The notes: generated by a model not told the origin, from the letters alone. Counted from the first letter of the stretch, positions 1 to 9,260 are shown. The stretch: DNA of 64,000 nucleotides from Candidatus Omnitrophota bacterium (GCA_023819145.1 JAMWCW010000005.1:22566-86565), one strand, 5' to 3'. Translations and numbers: made by a program.

Positions 1-125
1 AATGTATCTTTTTGTGTTTCCATTAAAAAATTAGCTAATACTGGTAGGGTAACACGAGTAGAAACTACATTTTGTAAAGCTTGAACCGCTTCTATTAAAT
101 CCTTTCTTTTTACACGGATTTTCAT
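1..125 (-). CDS. dnaN: DNA polymerase III beta sliding clamp, 5' part (continues beyond the window start)
   Basis: Manual translation from ATG at 125 gives MKIRVKRKDLIEAVQALQNVVSTRVTLPVLANFLMETQKDT, a typical DnaN N-terminus. GAAAGGAG RBS upstream; lies directly downstream of dnaA. Confidence 0.93.
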   Translation of the reverse strand, partial: MKIRVKRKDLIEAVQALQNVVSTRVTLPVLANFLMETQKDT

Positions 126-292
126 TTCTTCTCCTTTCTATTTTTTATTTAGCATTTATTAAAAGTAATACTTGGGTGTTTGTGGAAAAGTTAGGTTAAA
201 AAATCATAATTTATTATTTTTCAACATAAAAAGATTTACACAAAACAGGGAACAAGTTGTGATTATAGCATAAATTTATCCACATTTTAATT
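126..292. other. oriC element in the dnaA-dnaN intergenic region (DnaA boxes plus AT-rich unwinding region)
   Basis: Perfect TTATCCACA at 276-284, TGTGGAAAA (1 mismatch) at 181-189, TTTTCAACA at 218-226. Very AT-rich; classic position. Confidence 0.8.
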
Positions 293-1624
293 TTAATTTT
301 TTTTAATCTCCTCAACTAACCTTTGCAAGATTTCTTTAAGTTCCTTTTTTAGTTCTAAGTCATTCCTAATCTTATTCCAAGCATGTAGAACGGTTGTATG
401 GTCTTTACCCCCAAAGTACATTCCAATATCCGGGAAAGACAAATCAGTCAATTCCCTGCTCAAATACATGGCAATCTGACGAGGAAGAACCACTGCTTGA
501 TTTCTTCTTTTTGTCCGCATATCCGAAAAACGGATATTAAAGTAATCTGCAACCTTCTTCTGAATAGTATCAACTGTTATTTTTTTCTCTTCTTCAATAA
601 TCATATCTTTTAATACTTTTTGAGCCATTTCTAAACTTATCTTTTCATCAATCAATTGAGCATGGGCAAGGACTCTTACTAAAGCTCCCTCTAAATCACG
701 GATGTTGTTCTTTATCTTTTCGGAAATAAAAAAAATTACCTCTTGCGGAACTTCTAAATTAGCCAACTCCGCTTTTTTCTTTAAAATAGCACTTCTTGTT
801 TCGAAATCCGGTGGTTGGATATCTGTTACCAACCCCCAACCGAATCGGGAAACTAATCTTTCTTCTAAGCCTTGAATATTTTTGGGAGAACGGTCACTGG
901 AAAGAACAATCTGTTTATGTGCGTCGTAGAGCGCGTTAAAGGTATGGAAAAACTCTTCTTGGGTGCTTTCTTTCCCCGCAATAAAGTAAATATCGTCAAT
1001 AAGCAACACGTCAATATTACGGTAACGTTCTCTAAATTTATTCGTGGTACGTGTTTGGATTGCGGTTATTAACTGATTAGTAAAATCTTCGCTAGAAATA
1101 AAAACCATCTTTACCTGTGCGTTTTTACTATAGATGTAATGAGCAATTGCCTGGAGGAGATGAGTTTTCCCAAGGCCCACTCCTCCGTAAATGAATAACG
1201 GATTATAGGCTCTGGCAGGCGATTCCGCGACAGCTAAAGAAGCTGCGTGGGCAAAACGGTTACTCGGTCCGACCACAAAATTTTCAAAGGTATACAGGGG
1301 ATTTAATCTTAATCTCTCCTCCTCTTTTTTAAGACGGTTTGCAGAAAGATTTTCTGCTTTGGTTTCTATATTTTCTAAAGAGGTAAAATCTATTTTTATA
1401 CTCCCCAATCCGATTTCCTGCAATGCTTCTTTGAGCAGTTTACCGTAGCGTTCTTTGAGCCATTCGCTAAAGAATTGGTCAGGGGTTTCGATAATTAAAG
1501 TATTGTCATCCAATCCCCAAGGTTTAAGTATAGAAAACCAAGTTTCATAACTACGGGGATGAATCTTTTTTTGAATTGCCTCCATTAATAAAGACCAGAC
1601 AGTGTATTTATTTTTTTCTTTCAT
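293..1624 (-). CDS. dnaA: Chromosomal replication initiator protein DnaA
   Basis: YTFENFVVGPSN, YNPLFIYGGVGLGKTHL Walker A, LLIDDI, QEEFFHTFN, C-terminal FGGKDHTTVLHA DNA-binding signature. Confidence 0.99.
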   Translation of the reverse strand: MKEKNKYTVWSLLMEAIQKKIHPRSYETWFSILKPWGLDDNTLIIETPDQFFSEWLKERYGKLLKEALQEIGLGSIKIDFTSLENIETKAENLSANRLKKEEERLRLNPLYTFENFVVGPSNRFAHAASLAVAESPARAYNPLFIYGGVGLGKTHLLQAIAHYIYSKNAQVKMVFISSEDFTNQLITAIQTRTTNKFRERYRNIDVLLIDDIYFIAGKESTQEEFFHTFNALYDAHKQIVLSSDRSPKNIQGLEERLVSRFGWGLVTDIQPPDFETRSAILKKKAELANLEVPQEVIFFISEKIKNNIRDLEGALVRVLAHAQLIDEKISLEMAQKVLKDMIIEEEKKITVDTIQKKVADYFNIRFSDMRTKRRNQAVVLPRQIAMYLSRELTDLSFPDIGMYFGGKDHTTVLHAWNKIRNDLELKKELKEILQRLVEEIKKN

Positions 1625-1649
1625 TATAAGACTAGTTGTAAGAGGTAAT

Positions 1650-1797
1650 ATAATAAATTAAAAAAAATTTTTTGTCAACATAAAAGAGAGTTATCCACAT
1701 TTTATGCACAGAAAAACGCTCTTCCTTAAACCTCAGAATACAACCCCTACGCCCTGTTTTTTATTTACTTGACTTATATGGATAATTTGCTTAAAAT
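1650..1797. promoter_or_regulatory. Divergent dnaA/rpmH promoters interleaved with DnaA boxes
   Basis: Minus-strand TTGACA(1678-1673)-17-TATTAT(1655-1650) for dnaA. Plus-strand TTGACT(1769-74)-17-TAAAAT(1792-97) for rpmH. DnaA boxes TTATCCACA 1691-1699, TTATGCACA 1702-1710, TATGGATAA 1777-1785. Confidence 0.75.
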
Positions 1798-1835
1798 ATA
1801 TCACACCATTTTTGTTATAAAAAAGAGAGGATAGG

Positions 1836-1973
1836 ATGAAAAAAACACTTAAGCCCATCACTATTTTGAAGAAAAAAAGAAGACATGGATTTCGAAGGAG
1901 AATGGCTGACCGTTGGGGGGAAAAAGTGCTTAGTAACCGAAGAAAAAAAGGAAGAAAACGCCTAACCGTTTAA
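1836..1973 (+). CDS. rpmH: 50S ribosomal protein L34 (45 aa, below the ORF-track cutoff)
   Basis: Manual translation [45 protein letters not shown]; HGFRxRM and RRxKGRKRL motifs; divergent from dnaA. Confidence 0.96.
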   Translation: MKKTLKPITILKKKRRHGFRRRMADRWGEKVLSNRRKKGRKRLTV

Positions 1974-1975
1974 GC

Positions 1976-2194
1976 ATGTTGAAAAGATTTCTGCTCTTCT
2001 GTTTAGACCTCTATAAAGATAGTTTTTCGGCTCTATTTCCAGCTTGTCGTTTTTATCCCAGTTGTTCTGTTTACACCAAAGAAGCAATAATTAAAAGAGG
2101 GTTGGTAAAGGGGCTCTGTAAGGGAATCTTCCGCATTTTACGCTGTCATCCTTTGAACCCCGGAGGTTACGACCCTTTAGAGAAAGAAGGTTAG
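1976..2194 (+). CDS. yidD: Membrane protein insertion efficiency factor YidD
   Basis: [10 protein letters not shown] and [15 protein letters not shown] motifs; directly upstream of yidC. Confidence 0.96.
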   Translation: MLKRFLLFCLDLYKDSFSALFPACRFYPSCSVYTKEAIIKRGLVKGLCKGIFRILRCHPLNPGGYDPLEKEG

Positions 2195-2196
2195 AG

Positions 2197-3762
2197 ATGG
2201 AGAAAAAAAATCTTATTGGTCTTTTATTTATTCTACTCATTATCTTTCTTTATCCTTTTTACCTCCAGATTTTTGCTCCACAACCCTCTCCCAAGATTAC
2301 TAAAACCGCAGTAATAGATTTCCCCCAAGAAGTAAGTATTCAAGTAGTTGATAAAGAAGAAGTTAAGAACTATGATACGGTTCATGATACGGTTTTACAA
2401 AATAAACATCTGCGTATAGAGTGCACGAACAAGGGGGCAGGGATTAACATGATACAGTTGATACAGTTTAATAATCAACAAGAGGGTAACCCCATAAGTA
2501 TTTATAAAAACGATACTTATAGTAAAAAGATCCTTTATTTTACCCACCCTTTTCTAAATTACGACTTAAATAAAGCGGTCTATGCTTATAACGAATCTAA
2601 AAATGGAGTAAGCTATTATTTATTAGTTCCCGGACAATGCTTAATAGAAAAGAAGATTATTTTAGAGGAAAATACCCATCTGCTAAAGTTTAATTTACGC
2701 CTCCAAAACTTAGACCAGAAACCCTTACCGGTGAATGTAGGTTTTGTAGGAGGCCAGAATCTTAAAACCAAAGAACCTTGGGAAGAGCGTTACTGGGAAA
2801 TCGCTTTTGCTCAAGAAGGGAAAATCAAACATGAGTTTTTCCGCCAAATTCGCACCTCTAAAATTTATTTGGCTCCCCTTCCTTGGTTGGCCTTAAAGAG
2901 TAAATATTTTTCTCAAATCATTGTTCCCTCTTCAGGAACCACTTCGTTTACTGCCCAGCGTCTTGCCGATAATGGCTTAGAGGTTTCAGTGCAAGTTCCT
3001 TTAACAATTCTTCAACCTGGAGAAACTAAGGAAGAAAATTTTTTGTTTTATTTCGGACCACTTGACACGCGTGTCCTGCATCAATATAATAGTGAATGGA
3101 AAGAAATTGTATATTACGGGATGTTTGATGGCATTGCTAAATTTATCCTGCGCATCCTCCGAGGAGGTTTTATGCTTTTAAAGAACTATGGCTTAGCAAT
3201 CATCTTTCTTTCACTTTTGGTTAACCTTTTTCTTTTCCCTTTCACCTGGAAGAGCATGAAGTCGATGCAAGCCCTCCAGAGCCTTCAGCCTCAGATAGAG
3301 CGCTTGCGTAAAGAATATGCACAAGACCCCCAAAGATTAAATAAAGAAATATTAGGGATATACCAAAAACATAAAGTAAATCCTTTTGGAGGATGTCTTC
3401 CTTTATTTCTGCAAATGCCTATCTTCGTTTCTCTTTATCAGGTGCTTTCGCGTGCGGTTGAACTGAAAGGAGCAAGATTCCTCTGGATAAAAGACCTTTC
3501 GCTTCCTGATAATTTGTTTTCTTTTCCCCAGAAAGTCCTTTTTCTCGACTCCTTTAATTTGCTACCCTTGATTATGGTTTTACTTATGTATCTTCAACAA
3601 AAAAAGACACAGGTTTATTCTCCTTCCCAAAAGCAGACTACTTGGTTTATGCCTTTCTTTTTTGGGTTTATTTTTTATAATTTTCCTTCAGGGTTAGTGC
3701 TTTATTGGTTAGTGAGCACCTTATTAAATTTAATTTTACAAGGGAAGGTGCATAAAGGTTAA
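2197..3762 (+). CDS. yidC: Membrane protein insertase YidC
   Basis: N-terminal TM, periplasmic domain, NYGLAII, GGCLPLFLQMPIF, WIKDLS, PSGLVLYW motifs. Confidence 0.97.
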   Translation: MEKKNLIGLLFILLIIFLYPFYLQIFAPQPSPKITKTAVIDFPQEVSIQVVDKEEVKNYDTVHDTVLQNKHLRIECTNKGAGINMIQLIQFNNQQEGNPISIYKNDTYSKKILYFTHPFLNYDLNKAVYAYNESKNGVSYYLLVPGQCLIEKKIILEENTHLLKFNLRLQNLDQKPLPVNVGFVGGQNLKTKEPWEERYWEIAFAQEGKIKHEFFRQIRTSKIYLAPLPWLALKSKYFSQIIVPSSGTTSFTAQRLADNGLEVSVQVPLTILQPGETKEENFLFYFGPLDTRVLHQYNSEWKEIVYYGMFDGIAKFILRILRGGFMLLKNYGLAIIFLSLLVNLFLFPFTWKSMKSMQALQSLQPQIERLRKEYAQDPQRLNKEILGIYQKHKVNPFGGCLPLFLQMPIFVSLYQVLSRAVELKGARFLWIKDLSLPDNLFSFPQKVLFLDSFNLLPLIMVLLMYLQQKKTQVYSPSQKQTTWFMPFFFGFIFYNFPSGLVLYWLVSTLLNLILQGKVHKG

Positions 3763-3781
3763 AGCGCTATATTTAGCTTTA

Positions 3782-3799
3782 AGTTTTCACGTGAAAACT
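3782..3799. promoter_or_regulatory. parS-like centromere palindrome
   Basis: Perfect 18-bp palindrome AGTTTTCACGTGAAAACT; the TTTCACGTGAAA core matches parS consensus TGTTTCACGTGAAACA; abuts the parA start codon. Confidence 0.8.
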
Positions 3800-3800
3800 G

Positions 3801-4604
3801 ATGGGTAAAATAATTGCAATCTGTAATCAAAAAGGAGGAGTGGGAAAGACTACTACCTGCATTAATCTTTCTGCTTTTTTAGCCCATGCAGGTAAAAAAA
3901 TATTGGTCATAGATTTAGACCCTCAAGGAAATGCCACCAGTGGTTTGGGAGTAGAGAAGAATAAACTAAATTCTTCTATTTATCAGGCACTCTTAGGAGA
4001 AGTGAAACTAGAGGAGATTATCCAGCCAACAACCATAGAGAATCTAAAATTAGTTCCTGCGCGCTTAGAGCTCATTGGCGCTGAAGTAGAGTTAAGCAGA
4101 ATGGATAAAGGGCAGTTTGTTTTGCAAAAATTATTAGAGGAGGCACAAAGGAATTTCGACTTTCTTTTTATTGACCTTCCTCCCTCTCTGGGTCTACTTA
4201 CGGTGAATGGACTAACTGCTGCCCATTCTGCGCTCATTCCTGTGCAATGTGAATACTATGCATTGGAAGGGTTAAGTCAACTATTGGTAACCTTGGAGAG
4301 GATAAAACAGGCGTTTAACCCGACATTAGCCATTGAAGGGATTTTGCTTACCATGGCAGACTATCGCACTAATCTTTCGCAGGAGGTAATTGCTGAGGCC
4401 CGTCAGCATTTTGGGAAGGAAGTTTATGCCACTGTAATTCCCCGCAGTATTCGCTTGGGTGAAGCACCCGGTTTTGGGAAACCTGTTTTTCTCTATGCTC
4501 CGGAGTGCGTGGGGGCTCTGAAGTATGCAGAGTTAGCCCAAGAATTTCTTTTAAGAAATACGAATATAAACTTAGACCTTAATTTAACCTCATCAATTTC
4601 TTAA
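3801..4604 (+). CDS. parA: Chromosome partitioning ATPase ParA/Soj
   Basis: NQKGGVGKTTT deviant Walker A, DLDPQGNAT, IPVQCEYYALEG. Confidence 0.97.
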   Translation: MGKIIAICNQKGGVGKTTTCINLSAFLAHAGKKILVIDLDPQGNATSGLGVEKNKLNSSIYQALLGEVKLEEIIQPTTIENLKLVPARLELIGAEVELSRMDKGQFVLQKLLEEAQRNFDFLFIDLPPSLGLLTVNGLTAAHSALIPVQCEYYALEGLSQLLVTLERIKQAFNPTLAIEGILLTMADYRTNLSQEVIAEARQHFGKEVYATVIPRSIRLGEAPGFGKPVFLYAPECVGALKYAELAQEFLLRNTNINLDLNLTSSIS

Positions 4605-4617
4605 CCAGGGAGTGAAT

Positions 4618-5481
4618 ATGGAGAAAAGAAGAGCTTTGGGGAAAGGGCTTGATGCGCTCATTCCTGTTTCGGCTTTAGAGAAAGAAGATACGCAAGCAAT
4701 AGTAAATATTGAAGTTAAAGACATTGTGGCTAATAAATATCAACCTCGCCAGAATTTCTCTGCACCGCTGATGCGGGAATTAATGGCCTCAATTCGAGAA
4801 AAAGGAATTATTCAGCCGATTATTGTGCGCCGTACCCCTGCTGGCTATGAACTGATTGCCGGTGAAAGGCGCTTAAAAGCTGCCCAAGAACTTGGGTTGA
4901 CGCAAGTACCTGCAATTATTAAAGATATAAAAGAAGAAGTCGACCTTCTGGAGTTAGCCTTGATTGAGAATCTTCAACGTGAGGACCTTAATCCTATTGA
5001 AGAAGCCCAGGCATTTAAACGTCTTATGGAAGAATTTGGGATGGCTCAGGAGAAAATTGCCCAGATAGTGGGTAAAGAAGTGGTTTCTATTGTCAATAAA
5101 CTCCGCTTATTAAAGCTCCCTCTGCCGGTGCAAGAAAAGATTATCCAAGGGGAATTGAGTGAAGGGCATGGCCGGGCAATCCTTTCTCTCCCCGAGCCTC
5201 AAGAACAGATAGATTTTGCCGAAGAAATCATCGCCAAAGCGCTTTCGGTGCGGGAAGCGGAAAATAGAGTAAGGAGTTTAAAAAGAAAAAAGAGCAAGAA
5301 GCCAGTTTTAGCACATAAAAAAGACCCGCACTTAGGATTTTGGGAAGAGGAATTACAGCGTCTTTTTGGTACCAAAGTCAAGATTATTCATCGTCGGGAA
5401 CGAGGTAAAATTGAGTTAGAATATTATTCTCTTGCGGATTTGGAAAGGCTGATTAATCTCTTGAAGAAAAGCAGCAGTTAA
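4618..5481 (+). CDS. parB: Chromosome partitioning protein ParB/Spo0J (start at ATG 4618 or GTG 4612)
   Basis: LGKGLDALI N-terminal motif, QPR, IAGERR CTP-binding motif, ENLQREDL. Confidence 0.97.
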   Translation: MEKRRALGKGLDALIPVSALEKEDTQAIVNIEVKDIVANKYQPRQNFSAPLMRELMASIREKGIIQPIIVRRTPAGYELIAGERRLKAAQELGLTQVPAIIKDIKEEVDLLELALIENLQREDLNPIEEAQAFKRLMEEFGMAQEKIAQIVGKEVVSIVNKLRLLKLPLPVQEKIIQGELSEGHGRAILSLPEPQEQIDFAEEIIAKALSVREAENRVRSLKRKKSKKPVLAHKKDPHLGFWEEELQRLFGTKVKIIHRRERGKIELEYYSLADLERLINLLKKSSS

Positions 5482-5496
5482 AAGGAGGGGTAAAAT

Positions 5497-5997
5497 ATGA
5501 CGGAGCAGACTTTGGTGATTATTAAACCCGATGGCTTGAAAAAATCGCTTACGGGTAATATTCTTACCCGTCTTTCAGAGACGAAGTTAGAAATCATCGG
5601 GGCGAAAGTTCTCAGAGTTTCCCGTGAGCTGGCAGAGAGTCACTATGCCCATATGAAAGACAAACCCTTTTTTGAAGACTTGATTAAATATATCCAAGGA
5701 GAATTTCACGAAAGACGCAAGGTCATGGCTTTAGTTTATTGGGGAGAAGGGGCGATTGGGAAAGTGCGCGAAATCTGCGGGGCTACCAACCCCGAGGAAG
5801 CAGACCCCACAACCATCAGAGGAGCATACGGTAGAATCACCACCAAGGGAGTTTATGAAAATGTAATTCATGCTTCTCGGGATAATCAAGAAGCAGAAAG
5901 AGAAATAAAACTTTGGTTTTTACCCGAAGAACTTATTGTAGAAGTTTACCCTACAAAAATAATTGAGGAAAAAGTTAAAAAGCGAGTTTGGGCATAA
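5497..5997 (+). CDS. ndk: Nucleoside diphosphate kinase
   Basis: TLVIIKPDG, GATNP..A.P.TIRG, NVIHAS catalytic His. Confidence 0.95.
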   Translation: MTEQTLVIIKPDGLKKSLTGNILTRLSETKLEIIGAKVLRVSRELAESHYAHMKDKPFFEDLIKYIQGEFHERRKVMALVYWGEGAIGKVREICGATNPEEADPTTIRGAYGRITTKGVYENVIHASRDNQEAEREIKLWFLPEELIVEVYPTKIIEEKVKKRVWA

Positions 5998-6028
5998 GCT
6001 TTAGCGCTGAACAAAAAGCGAGGAGAAC

Positions 6029-6904
6029 ATGACAAAAAGCATGACCGGCTTTAGTAAAGCAACAGGAAAAATCAAAGGGGGTGTTTTGAGTGTAGAGATA
6101 AAATCTTTCAACCATCGTTTTTTTGAAGTTACTACCCGGCTCCCTCAAGAACTATTAATTTACGAAGAAGAAATAAAACGTCGGCTTAAAGAAAGAATCC
6201 GTCGTGGTTCAATCAATGTTCTCTTTATTTATTTTTCTCCTCAAGGGAATATAAAGTCTGTGAATTTGGATGAGAGGGTGGTTAAACAATATACTCAAAT
6301 AGCCAAATTGCTCTCTAAAAAAATAGGTTTGAGAGGAGAGTGGGGAATAAGCGACTTCTTGAATCTGCCCGGGGTTTTGGTATGCGAAGAAAAGCACATA
6401 GATTTGAGTAAGGAGTGGGGAGAGTGTAGAAAAGTTTTAGATAAAGCGATAGACAAACTGCTTGTTTCTAAAGAAAAAGAAGGCAGGGTGTTACTTAAAG
6501 ATGTTTTGGCGAATATACAATCTGCAGAAAATTCTTTAAAGAAGATTCAAATGCGCACAAAGCACAATGTAGGTGAATTTAAAAGAAAGATACAATTAAA
6601 GTGCCAGGCATTAGCCGGTTTAACCCTTACCAAAGAAAAACTAATGGAAGAAACAAGTCTTTTCTTACGGAATACCGATATTTCTGAAGAGATAGTGCGT
6701 GTTCGAGGACACCTCGTGGAAATGCGGAATTTATTAAAGAAAGAAGAAGAAGTGGGAAGGAAGCTTGATTTTATGGCCCAAGAGGCTTTTCGCGAAGCTA
6801 ATACCATCGGTGCGAAAGCCAACGATTATCTTATTTCCCATGAGGTGGTTTTGATAAAGTCGTATGTGGAAAAGATTCGCGAACAGGTGCAGAATTTAGA
6901 ATGA
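6029..6904 (+). CDS. yicC: YicC/YloC family endoribonuclease
   Basis: SMTGF N-terminus, KSFNHRF, GRKLDF..QE..REANTIGAK, EKIREQVQNLE. Confidence 0.95.
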   Translation: MTKSMTGFSKATGKIKGGVLSVEIKSFNHRFFEVTTRLPQELLIYEEEIKRRLKERIRRGSINVLFIYFSPQGNIKSVNLDERVVKQYTQIAKLLSKKIGLRGEWGISDFLNLPGVLVCEEKHIDLSKEWGECRKVLDKAIDKLLVSKEKEGRVLLKDVLANIQSAENSLKKIQMRTKHNVGEFKRKIQLKCQALAGLTLTKEKLMEETSLFLRNTDISEEIVRVRGHLVEMRNLLKKEEEVGRKLDFMAQEAFREANTIGAKANDYLISHEVVLIKSYVEKIREQVQNLE

Positions 6905-7134
6905 AAATTTTGGACATTGGGTTTAACAATTCGGTTGTTTTAGACAAGGTAGTGGCAGTAGTTTCTTCAGAGGCTGCTCCGATGAAGAGACTTCGGGCAG
7001 AGGCAAAACGCCAAGGTAAACTCATTGATGCCACCAACGGAAGAAAAACAAGGGCAATAATCATTACCACTTCTGACCATGTAATTCTTTCAGGAATTAA
7101 TCCCGAAACCTTGGCAGAGAGAATTAGAGCGTAA
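6901..7134 (+). CDS. remA: DUF370/RemA family protein
   Basis: LDIGFNN, SxxAAPMKR, LIDATNGRKTRAII; conserved yicC-DUF370-gmk synteny. Confidence 0.9.
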   Translation: MKILDIGFNNSVVLDKVVAVVSSEAAPMKRLRAEAKRQGKLIDATNGRKTRAIIITTSDHVILSGINPETLAERIRA

Positions 7135-7142
7135 CGGCAGAG

Positions 7143-7715
7143 ATGAAGAGGAAAGGTTTACTTTTTGTGATTTCCGGACCCTCGGGATGCGGGAAGACTA
7201 CCTTGGGAGAGGAGATTATTTCTGGGAATAAGAATCTGGTACGTTCTGTTTCGGTAACTACCCGTCCACCGCGTCGGGGGGAAAGAAGAGGTAAGGCATA
7301 CTTTTTTGTAAATGACAAAGAGTTTATGGAATTAAAAAAGAGAAACAAACTCCTTGAGTGGGCGAAAGTTTTCGGTTATTTTTATGGAACGCCCCGCGAA
7401 TTTGTGGTAAGGAAAATTAGCCAAGGCAAAGATGTTGTTTTGATTATCGATGTTCAAGGTGCAATGCAGGTAAAGAAAAAATTTCCTCACGCGGTATTCA
7501 TTTTTATCGCCCCACCCTCTTTGCAGGCCTTGAGAGAAAGACTAAAAAAAAGAGGATTGGATTCTTCTTCAGAGATAGAAAAACGCCTACGTCAGGCAAA
7601 GAAGGAGATGGAGTTTAAAAGAGAATATAATTATATTTTGATAAACGATGATTTGGATGTTGCCAAGAAAATACTTAATGCTATTATTACCTTAGAGAGG
7701 CTTAATAAAAAATAA
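7143..7715 (+). CDS. gmk: Guanylate kinase
   Basis: SGPSGCGKTT P-loop, SVSVTTRPPR, YGTP, DVQGA. Confidence 0.97.
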   Translation: MKRKGLLFVISGPSGCGKTTLGEEIISGNKNLVRSVSVTTRPPRRGERRGKAYFFVNDKEFMELKKRNKLLEWAKVFGYFYGTPREFVVRKISQGKDVVLIIDVQGAMQVKKKFPHAVFIFIAPPSLQALRERLKKRGLDSSSEIEKRLRQAKKEMEFKREYNYILINDDLDVAKKILNAIITLERLNKK

Positions 7716-7732
7716 AATGGAGGTGTAGACTT

Positions 7733-7939
7733 ATGTCTTATGTGCCTATAGAAAAGATTCTCAAAAACGTAGGGAGCATTTATAAAGCAGTTAACTTGGC
7801 GAGTAAACGTGCTGTAGAATTAAATGAAGGAGCTCCCAAGTTGGCAAATATCGAGTCTTCTAAAATTTCTACCATTGCCTTGGAAGAAATTATCCAAGGT
7901 AAAATTAGCTATAAAAAGACTAAACAGGGGGAGAAATGA
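7733..7939 (+). CDS. rpoZ: RNA polymerase omega subunit
   Basis: S.Y..V..ASKRA.EL..G and K..TIALEEI..GKI; follows gmk. Confidence 0.92.
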   Translation: MSYVPIEKILKNVGSIYKAVNLASKRAVELNEGAPKLANIESSKISTIALEEIIQGKISYKKTKQGEK

Positions 7940-8472
7940 AAAGAGAGGTTGTTTTAGGGGTTAGTGGGAGCATTGCTATATATAAGTCATTGGATCTAAT
8001 TAATTTATTAAAAGAAAAAGGATTAAACATTTCTGTAATTATGACTAAAGAGGCAGAAGAACTGATAAAGCCCTTGACTTTTCAAACGCTTTCCCATAAT
8101 CCTGTTTATACCGAAATGTTTTCTCCTCCACAAGAAAATAACCCGTTACATATCAGACTTGCCGAGAGAGGGGATTTAATCCTCATTTGTCCTGCCACCG
8201 CTAACATTATTGGGAAAATTGCCCATGGTATTTGCGATGACCTTTTAACTTGCACCGTGATTTCTACAAAAGCACCCGTTTTAATCTGTCCGGCGATGAA
8301 TGAGAATATGTATAAGAATAAAATCATAGAAGAAAATATTAGAAAACTAAAAAATTTTGGCTACAAATTCATTGAACCTGTTAAAGGTAAACTTGCCTGT
8401 GGGAAGACAGGCATAGGCCATCTTGCCCCTCTTACTCAGATAGTAGCAGAAGTTTTTGCTCTGCTCAAATGA
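7936..8472 (+). CDS. coaC: Phosphopantothenoylcysteine decarboxylase (stand-alone CoaC flavoprotein domain)
   Basis: GVSGSIAIYK, PATANIIGK, PAMN, LACG..G.G.LA. Confidence 0.93.
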   Translation: MKREVVLGVSGSIAIYKSLDLINLLKEKGLNISVIMTKEAEELIKPLTFQTLSHNPVYTEMFSPPQENNPLHIRLAERGDLILICPATANIIGKIAHGICDDLLTCTVISTKAPVLICPAMNENMYKNKIIEENIRKLKNFGYKFIEPVKGKLACGKTGIGHLAPLTQIVAEVFALLK

Positions 8473-9137
8473 AGAAGGTGCATCTTCTCATTACTGCTGG
8501 TCCCACCCGTGAACCCCTTGACCCGGTGAGATTTATTTCTAATTATTCCACAGGAACTTTGGGTTATATTTTGGCAGAGGAGGCTAAAAAAGAGGGTTAT
8601 AGCGTTACTTTAATTAGTGGTCCTACGCATTTGAAACCTCCTCAGGGCGTAAAATTTATTGCTATAAATACTGCCTCCGAAATGTATAAAGAAGTAAAAA
8701 AACATTTTTCTTCCTGCGACTGCCTCATTATGACTGCAGCGGTATGTGATTTTCGCGTGGTAAAACCAGCAAGGAATAAAATCAAAAAAGGTAGTTCTAA
8801 AAATTTGATTTTAAGATTGGTTAAAAACCCCGATATCCTCTATGAGATGGGTAGAAGGAAAAAGGATAAGATTTTGATTGGTTTTTCCTTGGAAACCACT
8901 AACCTAATTAAGCATGCTCAAGAAAAGTTAAAAAAGAAAAATTTAGATTTAATTATTGCCCAGAAATTGGGCAGAAATACCTTCGGAGAGGGAAGTATTA
9001 CCCCCTTGATTATTTACAGAGAAGGTGTGCTTAAGAAAAGTGCTCCTTGTTCTAAGCTTGGGTTTTCTAAGCGCCTCCTTAAGGAGATAAATACCTTGAC
9101 TTTTAAGAAGTTAAGTGCTAAATTATCCCAAAAATAA
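8469..9137 (+). CDS. coaB: Phosphopantothenate-cysteine ligase (stand-alone CoaB domain)
   Basis: LITAGPTREPLDPVRFISNYSTG, AAVCDF, NPDIL, GFSLET; ATGA overlap with coaC. Confidence 0.93.
   Translation: MKKVHLLITAGPTREPLDPVRFISNYSTGTLGYILAEEAKKEGYSVTLISGPTHLKPPQGVKFIAINTASEMYKEVKKHFSSCDCLIMTAAVCDFRVVKPARNKIKKGSSKNLILRLVKNPDILYEMGRRKKDKILIGFSLETTNLIKHAQEKLKKKNLDLIIAQKLGRNTFGEGSITPLIIYREGVLKKSAPCSKLGFSKRLLKEINTLTFKKLSAKLSQK
9096..9124 (+). promoter_or_regulatory. Sigma70-type promoter of the tRNA-Cys/Leu/Val cluster, inside the coaB 3' end
   Basis: TTGACT(9096-9101)-17-TAAATT(9119-24) with extended TG, ~35 nt upstream of tRNA-Cys. Confidence 0.6.
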
Positions 9138-9160
9138 TCTCAGGACGTAATCCAAATTGT

Positions 9161-9232
9161 GGCGCGGTAGCCAAGTGGCAAGGCAGTGGTCTGCAAAACC
9201 ATTATTCGTCGGTTCAATTCCGACCCGCGCCT
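9161..9232 (+). tRNA. tRNA-Cys (GCA)
   Basis: GGCGCGG/CCGCGCC acceptor stem, anticodon arm GTGGT-CTGCAAA-ACCAT, GTCGG-TTCAATT-CCGAC T arm; CCA not encoded. Confidence 0.96.
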
Positions 9233-9260
9233 CGATTTTAGTGAGAGTGATTTTTAGTTC

